From NCBI RefSeq assembly GCF_009914755.1, contig NC_060933.1: a stretch of 64,000 nucleotides of DNA. One strand, written 5' to 3'. Below the pieces are notes generated by a model. The model was not told the origin of the DNA. It saw only the letters and a program-made list of their open reading frames with translations, and made no database searches. Source of the DNA: the human T2T-CHM13v2.0 reference genome, Homo sapiens. A program made the position numbers and the translations under genes. Shown here one piece after another: positions 15,205 to 28,370 of the stretch (the stretch's first letter is position 1; every line of letters starts with the position of its first letter).

Positions 15205-15520
15205 TAAAGTCTATGGCTATAGTGGTTTTAGGAATGACTGGATCCAGGGACGTCAGAAATTCAATATTTCTCTTATCTCTTGGCTCAGCTTTATTCTCTT
15301 TTGTCTATGTCCCTCAAAAATCCCAACTTACATAGTATTTACAACCAGAAATCTAAGAGAAAATGAGTTTCTAACTAAAATTTCAAAATCGAGTTTTGAT
15401 ATGATTGAGTTTGCCTCTGGTCTGTGTGCTATGCCCTCTCCTGGAGCAGGTTGAACAGCTCTACTGGAATAACATGAACTAAAAGTAGGGGAAGGACTGT
15501 GTTCAAAAGACAGTCAAGGG
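15205..15520 (-). mobile_element. Possible MLT1K/L-like LTR fragment
   Basis: 'ttttaggaatgactggatccagggac' resembles an old MLT1 reverse-strand motif; very diverged. Confidence 0.4.
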
Positions 15521-16403
15521 TGGACAGATTAATATTTATATCAAAGGACAAATATTGAGTATTGCCATTAAAAAATAGGTAGAAATAGATTTAGAGATAG
15601 AGCTAAATATATAAACACATGACAGAAATTAGGAATCCACACCTATCATAACCACTTTTTCTCAGAAGGAATATTTTTTCAAAAGAAAACAAAGAATGAT
15701 AAATGAACTTTCATGATGACAACTGAACTTTGGCACCAAATAATGATATTAAATTCAGCGAACAGAACTTCAACCCAAGGAGAACTCCTAGTAGGGCTGA
15801 ATATTTCTCAGCTAACATACCTCACTCTGATTTTTACTCACTCAACTTGCACTCAGAGGTGTGAAAAGGTGTGTCTAGACCCCAGCGCATGCCAGCCCAG
15901 AAGAAGTAAGAGATCACAAAACCAGAATAATTTTCTCCATTATTGGAGGCAAATAATTGCATGTATTCTAAAACTAGGACAGTAGGGCAGTGGGAACAGC
16001 CTCCAACTGGTTTTATATCAACAGTAATATAGAAATAAGAGGACAGAGATGGGGCAGAGGAAGAGAGAGAGTGAGACAGAGACCCCTACATATAAAAGAC
16101 CTACTTCCTTTTATTGTTTGGGCAATGTGGAAGTCTCAGCCCCTGGAATTATAACCCATTTACATAGGTTCAGATTTGGCCAATACACAGAAACGTTTTT
16201 TATTTTCAGTGAGATTAAGTGTGAGGATTTAGTTAAGCATGTAAATACTGCAATGTTCAATTAAATTCTCCGAAAGTCAAACATACCAATTTTGGATTCT
16301 TAATCTAATTATATTCTATATCTTAATAACTTATTTTTAATTGTTTTGGTTCAAAACTTTTGAATGTAAAGCTCTCATTTCCTTCAATAGGATGAATTGG
16401 ATT

Positions 16404-16600
16404 CTGAGCTATCCAATACAGTAACCATCAGCCATTTTGCTGTTTACATTTAAATTCATTATACTTAATATTTTAAATCAGTTATTTATTCACACTATCC
16501 GTATTTCAGGTGCTCCAAAGTTCCATACAAGTACTGGCTAACCCCATTGAGAGTACCGAAGGAAATTTCTACTATCACAGAGTTTCTATCAGACAGAAAT
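16404..16600. mobile_element. MER3/MER33-like hAT-Charlie DNA transposon
   Basis: Degenerate TIRs 'ctgagctatccaata...' and '...ttctatcagacag'; internal 'atttcaggtgctc'. Confidence 0.7.
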
Positions 16601-17430
16601 GGACTAAATAATATGAAAACACTGTCACTGTATGCACCTAGAAAGACAGGATAAGTGTCAGAGCCACTGAGCTCAAAGAATATCTTTAAAATATTGAGAA
16701 TGATAAATACATAAACAAGCTATTTGAAGACACAATGGGTGTGGAGATTCCTAACCTGAGTAATTTCTGGTTTGATTTTAACCCCAAGGACAACTCCTTC
16801 TACCTGGTCTAGATGTTTTTTAGATCAAACGCAGGTCTAACAAAGTTTTACTCCTTCATAAAAATGAGTGTTGGAATCAAAACGTTTAATTACAGCTAGG
16901 ACATTAAAAGGGCTAAATCTTAACAGAGAATAGATTTTAGAAGTTATACCTATTAGAAAACAATATGCTGATTTGTCTTTTCCTGACTGGGTTCTAGGGA
17001 AAATGTCTCCTCTGAGAATTTATAACCATGGTTCTTCATCATGAGTGTTTTGCAGGTTTGAATTTACATTATTTGCATAGTTTGTGAACTTCAAACAGAG
17101 AAATAAAGTGTAAACTGATGGCAAGTTGATGACATTCTAGGGGAAGTTAGTGGACACAAAGAAAAAAAAAATCTGGAAATGCAAAACTTTAACCTAAAAC
17201 ACATAAAACTATCACAGATAAAAGCCTACTGAATGTGAATGCACATTTTGAACCTAAAAAACATACAGCAAATCGTCAAACATTAGTGAGTCAGCAGGCA
17301 ATACACAGAAATGTTATCACACCAAGATGTCCAGATGATAGAATAATTTTACAAATACTGTTGTATAAGTAAGATTAAATTGGATAATTACATAAAAGAA
17401 GAAAGTAAAACTATAATGACTTTCTTTTAA

Positions 17431-19425
17431 CATCAGGAACAAGACTTGGCTGTCCACTCTTGCCATGTCTATTCTACATTATACAGGAAGTTCTAATCAG
17501 AATGATTGAGCAAGAAGATGAAATAAAAGGCATTCAGATTTAGTAAGATGTCAAAGTATTTTACATTTACATATGACATAATATGGTATTTAGAAAAGCC
17601 TAAGGGATGCATAAAATTATTAGAACTAATGAATAAGCAAAGTGGCAGGATACAAGATCAATATTAAATATCAAATGTATTTCTATGCACTAGCAAGAGA
17701 AAATTCAATAATGAAATTAGAAAAACAATTCCATTTATAGTAGCATCAAAAAGAATTAAATATTTAGGAATAATTTAACAAAGAAGTTAAACACTTGTAT
17801 ACTGAAAACTATAAACTTTCTTGAATACAATTTAAAAAGACCTAAATAAATGGAGCCACCTTTCATATTCATGGATTCAAAGATGTAATATTATTTAGAG
17901 GTCAGTACTCTCCAAATTTATGTAGAGATTCAGTACAAGCATTTTGCAAGGTGTTTTTAAAAATTATGTAAAAACACAATGGGCCAAGTATAGCTAAAAC
18001 AATCTTAAAGAAAAATATTGGAAGACTTACACTTCCCAACTTCAAAGCTTACCAGAAATAACCAGTAATCAAGACAGTGTGGTACTGGCCTAGGTGTAGA
18101 TCAATGTAATGAAATATAGTGCTCTTGAATAAATTCTTACATTTAAGATACATTGGTATTTGATGACAGTTTCAAGACAATTCAATGGAGGAAATACAAA
18201 CTCTTCAACAAATGGTTATTCACATGCAATAGAATAAATTTAGACTTTTACCTCATACCATATATATATAAATTAAGTCAAATGGATTAACAAATTAAAT
18301 TTAAGCTAAAACTATAAAAAATTTGGAAAAAAACATGAGGTGCGTTCTCCTTGACCTAGATTTGGCAATGGATTATCAGCTATGACACCAAAACGGATCA
18401 ACAGAATAAAACATATAGATATATTGGACTTGTTCCAAGTTAAAACCATTGTATATCAAAGAACACTCTGAAGAAAGTGATGGAAGGTACCCACAAATCA
18501 TATATCTGATAAGGAACTAGCATCCAGATATATAGAGAACTGCAGCTTGACAATGAAAAGACAAATAATTAAAAACTGAGCAAAGGATTTGAATAGGTAT
18601 TTCCCTGAAGAAGCTATACAAATAACCAATAAGCATATGAAAGGTGATCCACATCATTAGTTATTAGGGAAATGCAATTAATTAGTCATTAGAGAAATGC
18701 AATTAAACCATGAGGCACAGCTAGAATGGATATTGATAAAAAATGACAGAAAATAACAAATGTTGACAAGCATGCGGAAGACTTGTAACCCTCATTCACT
18801 GCTGATACATATGAGAAATTGTGCAAGTGCTTTGGCACACAGTTTGGTAGTTCCTCTAACTGTTAAACATAGAGATACCATATGAAGCAGCAATTCTACT
18901 CTTAAATCTATATCCATAAGAAGTGGGAACATCTGTCCACATAAAATGAATCTATGAATATTCCTAACAGCATTATTTATAGTAGCCAAAAAGTAGAAAC
19001 AACCCAAATGTCCATCGACATGAAAGAATAAACAAAATGTGGTATATTGATTTGATGGTATATTATTTGACAATAAAGGTTACAGTAATGACATGTGCTA
19101 CAATATGGATGATCCTTGCAAACATGCTAAATGAAAGAAGTCAGTCACAAAAGACTATATTTTGCATGATTCCAGTGATGTAAAATGTATAGAATAGGAA
19201 AAACCACAGGGATGGAAAGTAGATCAGTGGCTGCCAGGGGTCAAGGGTTGGAAAAAATAGAAGGATACTGCTAATGGGTACAGAGTTGTTTTGTTTTGTT
19301 TTAAGTAATGAAATATCCTAAACTTAGATAATGGTTATGTTGCACAACTCTGAATACACTAAAAATCACTAAATTGTACACTTAAAAAGATAAGTTTTAT
19401 GGTATGAAATTGTATCTGCATAATT
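17431..19425 (+). mobile_element. L1MB-type LINE, ORF2 3' half plus 3'UTR
   Basis: L1 ORF2 motifs ('gcaggatacaagatcaat', 'aatcaagacagtgtggtactggc', 'aaacaacccaaatgtccatc') and an L1MB-style 3'UTR. Confidence 0.92.
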
Positions 19426-19429
19426 ACAT

Positions 19430-20130
19430 ATAAAACATTTGTGGAAGAAAAAGATATGATAAAAGAAACATCCAGTTTAAGGAAAAAGAATATAAAATGA
19501 GAATAGTTAAAAGCTCAATACGTGTGCTAAACTGTACATTATAACTCCGAAGCAAGGACCACTATCTAAAAAAATTAATTTGAGAAAAAGTCCTCAGAAA
19601 GCAATAGAATAAATATTAAAATGTGTATATGTATTTATAGATGTGTAACTATATATGTTTATTAATACATAAAAACATTTTTAAAACTTTAAAATTTGAG
19701 AATTCTCTTATTTAAGACAATTAAATGAGACCCTCCAACATATGTTGAATAGGATTGTCACCGGAGAATATTTAGAGATGGAAAGAAGAAATGTTTAAGA
19801 GTTTGTGACTGAGAATTTTTCAGAATAAAAGAAATGCATACATATGCACATTGATAAAGCAAAAGGAGATGTGCATTGGCTTGATAACATTAGAGTCACA
19901 CCTACACACGTGTGAGTCCAACCGAACAGAGAAGGTCTCAGGAAAACAAGAAGCCATATGCAATGAGTGATTACCCACAAAGACAACTTATTTCTCATTG
20001 GCAATAATGGAGGCTGGAAGAATTTGAAATAATAGCATCAAAGTGATGATGAAAAATAATTGTCATTTTAGAAATCTATAATCAAAATATTACTTTCCAT
20101 GGACTCACCTTTAAAGGAAGGAGAAAAACC
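19430..20130 (+). mobile_element. Old L1M ORF1-region fragment (probably continues the A-rich segment at ~16900-17430)
   Basis: 'gcaataatggaggctggaaga...tcaaagtgatgatgaaaaataattgtca...tagaaatctata' resembles old L1 ORF1 sequence. Confidence 0.55.
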
Positions 20131-23100
20131 GAGAAGAAAATAGGGGTACGCACAAAATAATTGATGGACTCATTGATAACCCAGATAATATTTGATTAAA
20201 TTAATCAAATAACCATAATAAAAATTAATTTGAGGGGTATAACAATTAACTGGGACTAACACATGGGTTAACAATTACACTTTAAATGAAGAGTCAAGGA
20301 AATCTGAATTCCAATGACCTTGCATGGTAAGGAGGGGGAGAAAACAGCCTGGTGAAAGGATAGAAGAGTTGGTATCAGAAATATACAAATCAGGTTAAGA
20401 TCTTTCACAAGTTAATTTACCTGTTCTCTATTTTTATGCCTATTATGAATTCCAAATTTGGCCTGGAGTCAATAGATTCTAATGAGGATGTATGCCAATT
20501 TGCTTAACATTTGCTAGAAGTCTTAATCTCTTAAAGACAAAAAAAAAAAAAAAAAAAAAAAGAAAATGACAACAAAGGAACATAGCTAGACTTTCATTAC
20601 CAAGGTCTCTCAAGCAAAGCTACTTCCCACAGGGATTCCTCTGAGCAATATTGTTTAGGCAATATAGTGAGATGGGACATACAAATAGTGGTCAAGGGGA
20701 ATTAATGTTATAGCTGGAATGACAGGAATAAGCATCAAGTCTTTGGCAACATGGATAAGTACATTAGTAATGTGATAAATTGCTTAGAGGATTAAAGCTC
20801 ATCGGTATGATGAGCATAATATTAATAAGGCCCAGCAATCCAGGAAAGAATGTGTTGGAATCCCATTTTAGGTAGTGCTGGCCTTTTATTGCAATGGCTG
20901 GGGATGGGGTTTGAGGAGCAAGTAAAGAGTTAGATCTCAGTATCTCTGAAGTGGTGTGATAGGCCTCATTGTCTACTTCCAATCATCTTTTCCAAGTAAC
21001 TGGTCTCAATTATTGCCCAAATATAAACCAACACTTTCCCCACCCTTATTCTGTTACCCTCTGAAACTTCCCATTCTAATCCCCAAAAAGTTTCCAGTTA
21101 TAACCTTTTCTCAAGTCTACAACTAAACGAAAGATTATTTTGGCATACTTCTAATTGCCTACTGTCGAGAGGTTTTCCATCTGGTGCAGTTCTGCTAGTC
21201 TGTATTGTACTCAACCCTGACCTGGCACTTTGGATTATCTGGTACTCATATCTGATCTAGTATATGAAAACTCTAGTCCTCAGAATGCATTTTTATTCCC
21301 TCACCTCATTTAAAAAATTTTTGGGTCTCCACCTCCAAGGGTGCAATGTGTTTCTTCAGGAACATTTTCTGAGATGTCTGTCAAATATTTTTCTATATAT
21401 TTTATTATTCAGATTAAGGAGGAAAATTTGAGATTGGGTAAAGTTATTGTAAGTAAATCAAGTTAGCACACACTAGCTATTTTAAAACAGTACACAAGTA
21501 GCAGAGGACACTTTTTCATTCATTCAGATATTCTGTGCCTCAATTGAGGAGCATGTAATTGCCAAAAGATGAAAGGATTTTTAACTTGATAGCCAAGCTA
21601 TGACTGCTTCATCGAGTGGGCTACGAAATGTACTTTTCCTGCACGTTCCATTAATCTCTCATGAGGGTCACGGTCCATTTAGAAAAAGCACTGTGAGCAG
21701 TCAGACAACTCCAGCGCAGTGTGAGGAGGTTTCTAAAACACTATTCCAGAAACATAATTCGAGGTTAGAATCTGGTGTGGTGTTGAGAGAGGGCTTCTTG
21801 GAGGTGACATTCATGATGAAAACTCAGAATCGATTATTATTGACCAGGATCAGAAAGAGGGTAAATAAATTCTAGTCACATCTAGAAGTAAACACACAAG
21901 ACAAAACCATGTATAAAATTAAAGGTACAAGATAAATGAGATAGTATGGAAAGTAGTTAAAAAGTTAGGCAGGTATGTAAGAGATTTAATTAAAGATGTG
22001 AACAGCAGCTGGGTAAAGTAAGGAAGAAAAGGTGAAGAATTTAAAGATTTTTTTTTTGTGAAGTTACTTGTGCAGCTGGTTTTCAAATAAGAATCTGACC
22101 AATTGATTTACTTAAAAATTATAGAAATAGTTGTTTTGGAGCTGTATTAGCACAATCCAAATCTTATGGATAGATATGATTCTGTTGCAGTTGAATTTGA
22201 GCTAATTAACACCAATAGCTGCCAGCAAATTCATTAATCCTGATCCTGTTTATAGATCTGTTGTGAGGAATGATCATTTATTATCCTAAGACCCAGTGTC
22301 TTCTTAAGAACTATTATTATGTAAAAATATGGACAGAGACAGCCCACTGGCAAGAACTGTTAATCTTTTCAATTCACACTTAGACTACTTGTAAAACCCA
22401 AGCACATTATCCCTCATTGAGAGGCAGTAATGACAAGTTGGTTTAAACGAAGGAGACCTCTGTATAAATTAACAGATGTTTTAGTTGAAAAGAGAAGTGT
22501 CAACATGACCTTAATTAATGAATTTGCTAATGGTTGTTCCCAGAATGGGATAATATGCCAAGTTCTAACCTAGGTACAATAGAATAAATGGAGGATTTAA
22601 AGTTAGGCTCAGGTTGAAACCACAGTGTGAACTTCATGATCTTCATGCCCTTGAGTAAATCATCAGGTAACATACTGTAAAGTGAGAATCATAGCCCCAC
22701 ATAGCATGTGGTTGACTAGTATCTGATAGCTAGCTTGTGCTCCGTGAAAATATGCCTCTTGTTGAGAGGTAAGTCTGGAAAATTGAGATTACTCCCTAAA
22801 ATCTCCCTAGTTTTTAATTAATCAGTCATTTTTGCTACAAATATTTTAACCAACTTATTTATGCATGGCAAGTATATCTCTTTAATTTTAATTGGTGTGT
22901 TCATGTTTTCAATGTGTATGCATAATACATGTGCACTTGGATTTGTGAAAAACATGTCAAAGAAATGCTACTTATTAACTTATCGGCTAAACGTCATTTG
23001 TCTGTGTTGATTTTTGAGGTGATTCTGGCCATGCTATCTATTGCCAGAAAGAAGCACTTTATAGAATACTTTTAATCTATTCTCAAATTAAAATTACTTG

Positions 23101-23519
23101 GAGTACATATTCCCAAACTTTTAAATGAACTGTGTCTAATAAACCCATATAATGAGATTCTTCATTTAGTTTTATCAGCATAGATTTTGTAACTAGTTCA
23201 TCTTCACAAGCATCCCAAAAGTTCCATAGATATGCTTTATTGAGAGTTTTCTATTGATCCAGTGTTTTTTTTTTTATCACCTACTATACAAAAATTATTG
23301 GCTGAGAGGAGTGCAGCTACCTAATATGGCTCAGATTTTTGGGGCCTATCATTATTACTATCATCATCATCATTCCAAAATTTATAAAGAAAATGTCTGA
23401 CTTGACAGATACTTTCTTCTTTCAGATGACTTTGTTTTCTCCTTAAATTATACATAAAGATGTCAGTTCTGTTCCTAGTTATATTCCAAGTCTTTATTGG
23501 GAATCAGAATCTCATTCAC

Positions 23520-23899
23520 AGCTTCTCTCAGCATGGTCCAGACCTTGGAGACATCATTTTTGGGGTATGGTCATCACTAGCAACATTCATCAATATTTTT
23601 GGTTTTCCTTCCAGGATAGGATTGATGTCTTCCATTTCCTTGAAGTTAGTGGTGATTGTTACTTGTTTTGGTCAAAGAAATGTGCAGCATATGTTATTTC
23701 AAGTCAGCAGCGCTTAGGAGCTAACATATGAACTACCACGTTCCCTTCTACCTTCCATGGCAATCATCCAGATAGTAGAGTACACCACACCACCAAGGTC
23801 TCAGTGTATTGTGGATAAAACAATGATTTCTGTTTAAAATATTAAAACGTGGAGACATCTTATTGCCACATTATAGGCTGACCTATCCTGACTAAAACA
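23520..23899 (+). mobile_element. MLT1I/J-like LTR
   Basis: 'ccttgaagttag...acttgttttggtcaaagaaatgtg...cctatcctgactaaaaca'. Confidence 0.6.
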
Positions 23900-25790
23900 T
23901 GAATGATAGGCTGAAGGTTATGCCAACTGTCATTTTCGTGATTGGCATGCCTTGGTTATATTAGAGTGTTAGAAAACTATGCACAGATACAGTATGCTTT
24001 TATTTTAAATCAGGCAAGACTTGCTTCTACTGAAATGCATTCTGTTATGACGCCATTGACTTAGACCAAGTACATTTATACCTTTATGAGCAAAGACTCC
24101 ATGAAATGCATTACATTAACCATATTTCAACAGCAAACAGGGACTTCCCCAATTTAACACTTCCCTAAAATGAGTTAAAATTGGTTTTATGCCATTCACA
24201 GTTGGAATGAAAAATCTAGCGAGTGCAGGATTTTTTTATTTTGCTCACCTTTTAAAATACCTATCATCCAGTAGGTTGCCAAGCCCAGGGTATTTAACAC
24301 ATGTCTGATCAATTCAACTGTGTCATATTCATTATAAGTTATCGTTCATTGTTTGACAGTGCTTATCTATGAAAACTAATTGGAGGAAATTTTCTCGAAT
24401 GAGTTATGCAAATCTTTCCTATTCTTCCAAACATGTAGTACTAATTTTGACACACTTTTAATCACACAATATGTTTTTCTTTTTCTTATTGACTAAGAGA
24501 CAGAAATTCAATTTATTTTGAGATCCTTTTTTAACAATTGGTATAATATTATATGTTTTAAACTTAAAATTCCTGTTCCTTTATTACAAACATTTTTCTC
24601 TTTGCCTAATTTTTCTTTCTTATTCAACGTTTATCTTGTTTTGTTGTATTATTTTTATACTTTACATATATACCAAATACATGTCTACATTTATATAAAT
24701 ATGACAATATTTTGATATCTTTCTTAACATACATAATCTCTTTTTATAATTACCAATTATTATGTACTTAAGGTTTTTTTCTAATCTTTTAAAGCATATG
24801 AAAATGTATGCATTTCAATTGTGAAAGTATTAGGGATTTCAGAACACGTCAACTGGCTATAAGGCTTTATGTTGCAAGGGCAATTTAGTCTTAGTGAAAT
24901 TGCTCACTGCTTCAGGGTACCTAATTAGAAATTAAAATACGTAGGTGCTTTTTTTTAAAAAAAATCTTTTCTCCAGCTCTATTTCAGCATATTTTAATCT
25001 AAACTATATCTGTTAAATATGATTACTGAGCAATGACATAACCCATGGACATTCATTTCTCATTAATTACAAGTTTTCATTTAGATTTGAAATGAATATT
25101 TTCCTCAATTGTATTTTTAATCACTCCCAATCATCCTTTCTTTTTTATATGAGAAATATTAAGCCTTGAGAAAATTTCTGCAGAGTAATAAAACTTGTTA
25201 GATTAGATTAATATACATGGGCTCCTCCACTGTTATTAATTTAGACAGACTTTCATTTTTCCTTTTATGATTGCACAGGACATTGATTTATGGTACATGA
25301 AATGACCAAATTGTACTTTTGAAATTTAAAATTCTCGAGCTCTCCTTATATTATCAGCCTTGAATTCAGCTATTTTGTCTTTTAAATTATAAAATATATG
25401 CCCTTTTTAATTGAAAGGCATAAGTGCCTAGTGTAGCAAGTATATTAGCTAAATGTTTGTCTGAAATAATGGATCATTTTTAATGTCATTAATGTACTAT
25501 TGAGTCACTATAGAACATAGCATATTATAAAAACTGTTGCAATTTATTTTTTATTGTAGTATACCTATAATGTAGTTTAGTTGCTTATGTCTCTTGAATA
25601 TGAGTAGAGAAAAATAGTTTTTTTTTTCAAGCCTAAAATGAAAGAATATTGATAAGGCCACTGCTTCATCCCATTCTGAAGATACCAAGCATATTAGTAG
25701 AAATAGTTGGTTTTGACTCTTTAGGAACCTAAGATGCAGAGCTGTTCCTTGGGCAGGCTTGATTTATTAATATATAAGTGACATGGAGCC

Positions 25791-26169
25791 TGATATGGTT
25801 TGGCTCTGTGACCTCACCCAAATCTCATCTTGAATTCCAATTCCCATATATCAAGGGAAGGACCTGGTAGGAGGTGATTGGATCATGGGGACGGTTTCCC
25901 CCATGCTGTTCTTGTGGTAGTAAGTGAGTTCTCCTGCGATCTTATGGTTTAAAAGTGGCAGGTCTTCCTTTGCTCGCTGTCTCTCTCTGTCTCTTTTGCT
26001 GCCAATAAGACGTGCTTTGCTTCCCCTTTGCCTTCTGCCATGATTGTAAGTTTCGTGAGGCCTCCCCAGCCATGCAGAACTGTGAGTCAATTAAACCTCC
26101 TTTCTTTATAAATTACCCAGTCTCATGTAGTATCTTTATAGCAGTGTGAGAACTGTGCAAACTAATACA
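25791..26169 (+). mobile_element. THE1D/MSTA-type MaLR solo LTR, complete
   Basis: Begins 'tgatatggtttggctctgtg', ends 'actaataca'; 5-bp TSD gagcc/gggcc. Confidence 0.95.
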
Positions 26170-27875
26170 GGGCCCCAGAGTGGTCATAAAATAAAGCATA
26201 TCAACTGTTGGTGGGTCTGTGTATGCCTAAATTTGAATACTTTTAGGAAGATGAAAGACTTTTAGTTTATATTGCCCTGGGAAGAACCACGGTGGAGTAT
26301 GAACACTGTTTGTTTAAGAGGCAGGGATTATTAAGGAGAGCCTGTTCTGTAAAAGTGTTTGGATTGAGAGAACACGTACAAAATGACAGGATAATAGCAG
26401 GTAGATAATATTCATCTTTTTCTCCCAGGTTAATGTAAACAGGGACCTGATTTTACAAGATTTTATAGGCCATGTTTTACATACGTTGATTTTATCTTAA
26501 TATGAATAAAACTTAACATATGTGGAGACATTAGGACTCATTCAGCATGATGAATGGCAGATAAGGCTTAAAGGGATACTGGATTCTACCCTTTAAACTT
26601 TAATGCAGGGATTACAAGTATGCTGAAACTTCTTTAAGAATGGTAGATGATTTCAGTCAAAATCACTCAAGGTCAGACTCAAAGTACAAACAGTAAGGAG
26701 ACACTTTAATCTATCATTAAAGTTGACCCTTATCAGCATAATCATTAGTTTGAGTTCAATGTATAAAAATCTAACTTTAAAGCAATATACAAACCAGGGA
26801 AAAAAAGTCTTTGCAAATATTATCAGCATGTAGTGTTCTGGGTCGCAAGTTTCTCTATTTTTTTGTAGCATCAATAAGGCAATCTAGTAAAACTTGCCTT
26901 CATTTTTCAACGTGTCTTGTTATTGCTCTAATGTGGGAAGGCATAATGGTCACAAGTATAAAAGGCTCTTTTACATTAAATTACACAGAATAAATTTACC
27001 TGCTCAGAAGATGACAACAACTGATTTTTTCAACTTAGTTGCAAAATATTCTCGCAATAAATCTGAAGCTACCACAGAGTGATCCAACTTTGAATATTAC
27101 AGTGATGATAATGGGGCTTCTAGTGAACTAAATTAATGTTTATGGCTTTTTCTTCCCTACTTTTATTGTTGTTGCTGCTACCACGCCTACTGATGCTTGG
27201 TTTTGGTATGTGTGGCTCTCTTAGTAGTGCTGGTTTTTGAGATTGGCTTTAGGAATTGAAATATTATAGAATAACGCACATATGACTCAATAAAATGCCA
27301 CAAAGCCTTATATTGTCTATAAGATTAACAGTGGAATTAGACTCCTTATTATTATATTTCTAGTTTTTCTCTAAATTTCAGTTTTAATAGGCATAAACTT
27401 ATTAAAACTTTTTTGAATTAGAACTGATATTAATCATGGATACTTACATTCTCTTTAGGAAGACTTTGTATACTCTTAATTGATTATATAATATTAACCA
27501 ACATAAATATAAAATAAAATTAATTACATAACATTATATGATTCTTACAGTTTATTTTTCTATCAATTTAAAATTATGTGTTTTATTCCTCTTTCTTTAG
27601 AAGCAAAATCATTGATTTCTACAAAATTTTCATTGTCTACCAGATTCTCATATTTGTCATATTTTATAAACTATTTGTGAAGATAGTAATCTGAATTGTT
27701 AAATTTATTTTTTAAAATTTAGATTTTCTGTAGAAAACTTGTTTTTTTAGTGGCTCTATAATTTTCTATTAAGCAAATGTAATCTAAACTATTACTCAAA
27801 TGAAGACTAATTCCAATTTCTTTTGCTTATAAACAATATACAACAAACATCCTTTTGTAAAGTGGTAAGAAGTAT

Positions 27876-28370
27876 TGTAGTCTGACGTGCTCCAGAATAT
27901 CAAGTTGCCATGCTGCAGTGGGCGATAGGAGAGAAGGCTTCCTCTTCCACAATAGGAATGCATGAAACCCAGTTTCCTACAGAGCCAGAGTGTGGCTCCT
28001 CCCTAAAATCTTGAATCTGAATTTTCATAAGGAACTAGAGTGTTAACTTCAGAATATTCAGAGAACTCTTTTTGCCCCAAAAATGGACATGGTGATTTCC
28101 TGCTGCCTAATTCCTCCCTGCCTATCCTTGCCAAAGTATGTTCCCTTATTTATACTATAAAATGGTAAAGTGTGCGGGGACTGTGTTTCTCCTTGAGGAC
28201 ATTATCCCACTGCAAATGTCTTCCTGTGATAATGGCAAAATAGTGAATCATGGGTATTCTCTTGCTGGGCTTTGACTTTCAGCCTTCTCTAACAAAACCC
28301 ACCCCTTAACTAGTCCTGTGTGACATTGTGGTGTTTTCCTTCATTCCTCTCGCTGCAGTATTAAGATTGC
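27876..28370 (+). mobile_element. Possible old solo LTR (family unresolved)
   Basis: ~495 bp, GC-richer than flanks, TG...CA ends, TATAAAA near 28157. No TSD recognised. Confidence 0.35.

Noticed and set aside
20400-21400. Possible ERVL/MaLR internal remnant
   Set aside because: Only a compositional impression; I recognise no motif or ORF to support it.
22720-22775. Perfect donor GAG|GTAAGT at 22769
   Set aside because: There is no convincing upstream acceptor, and isolated consensus donors are common.
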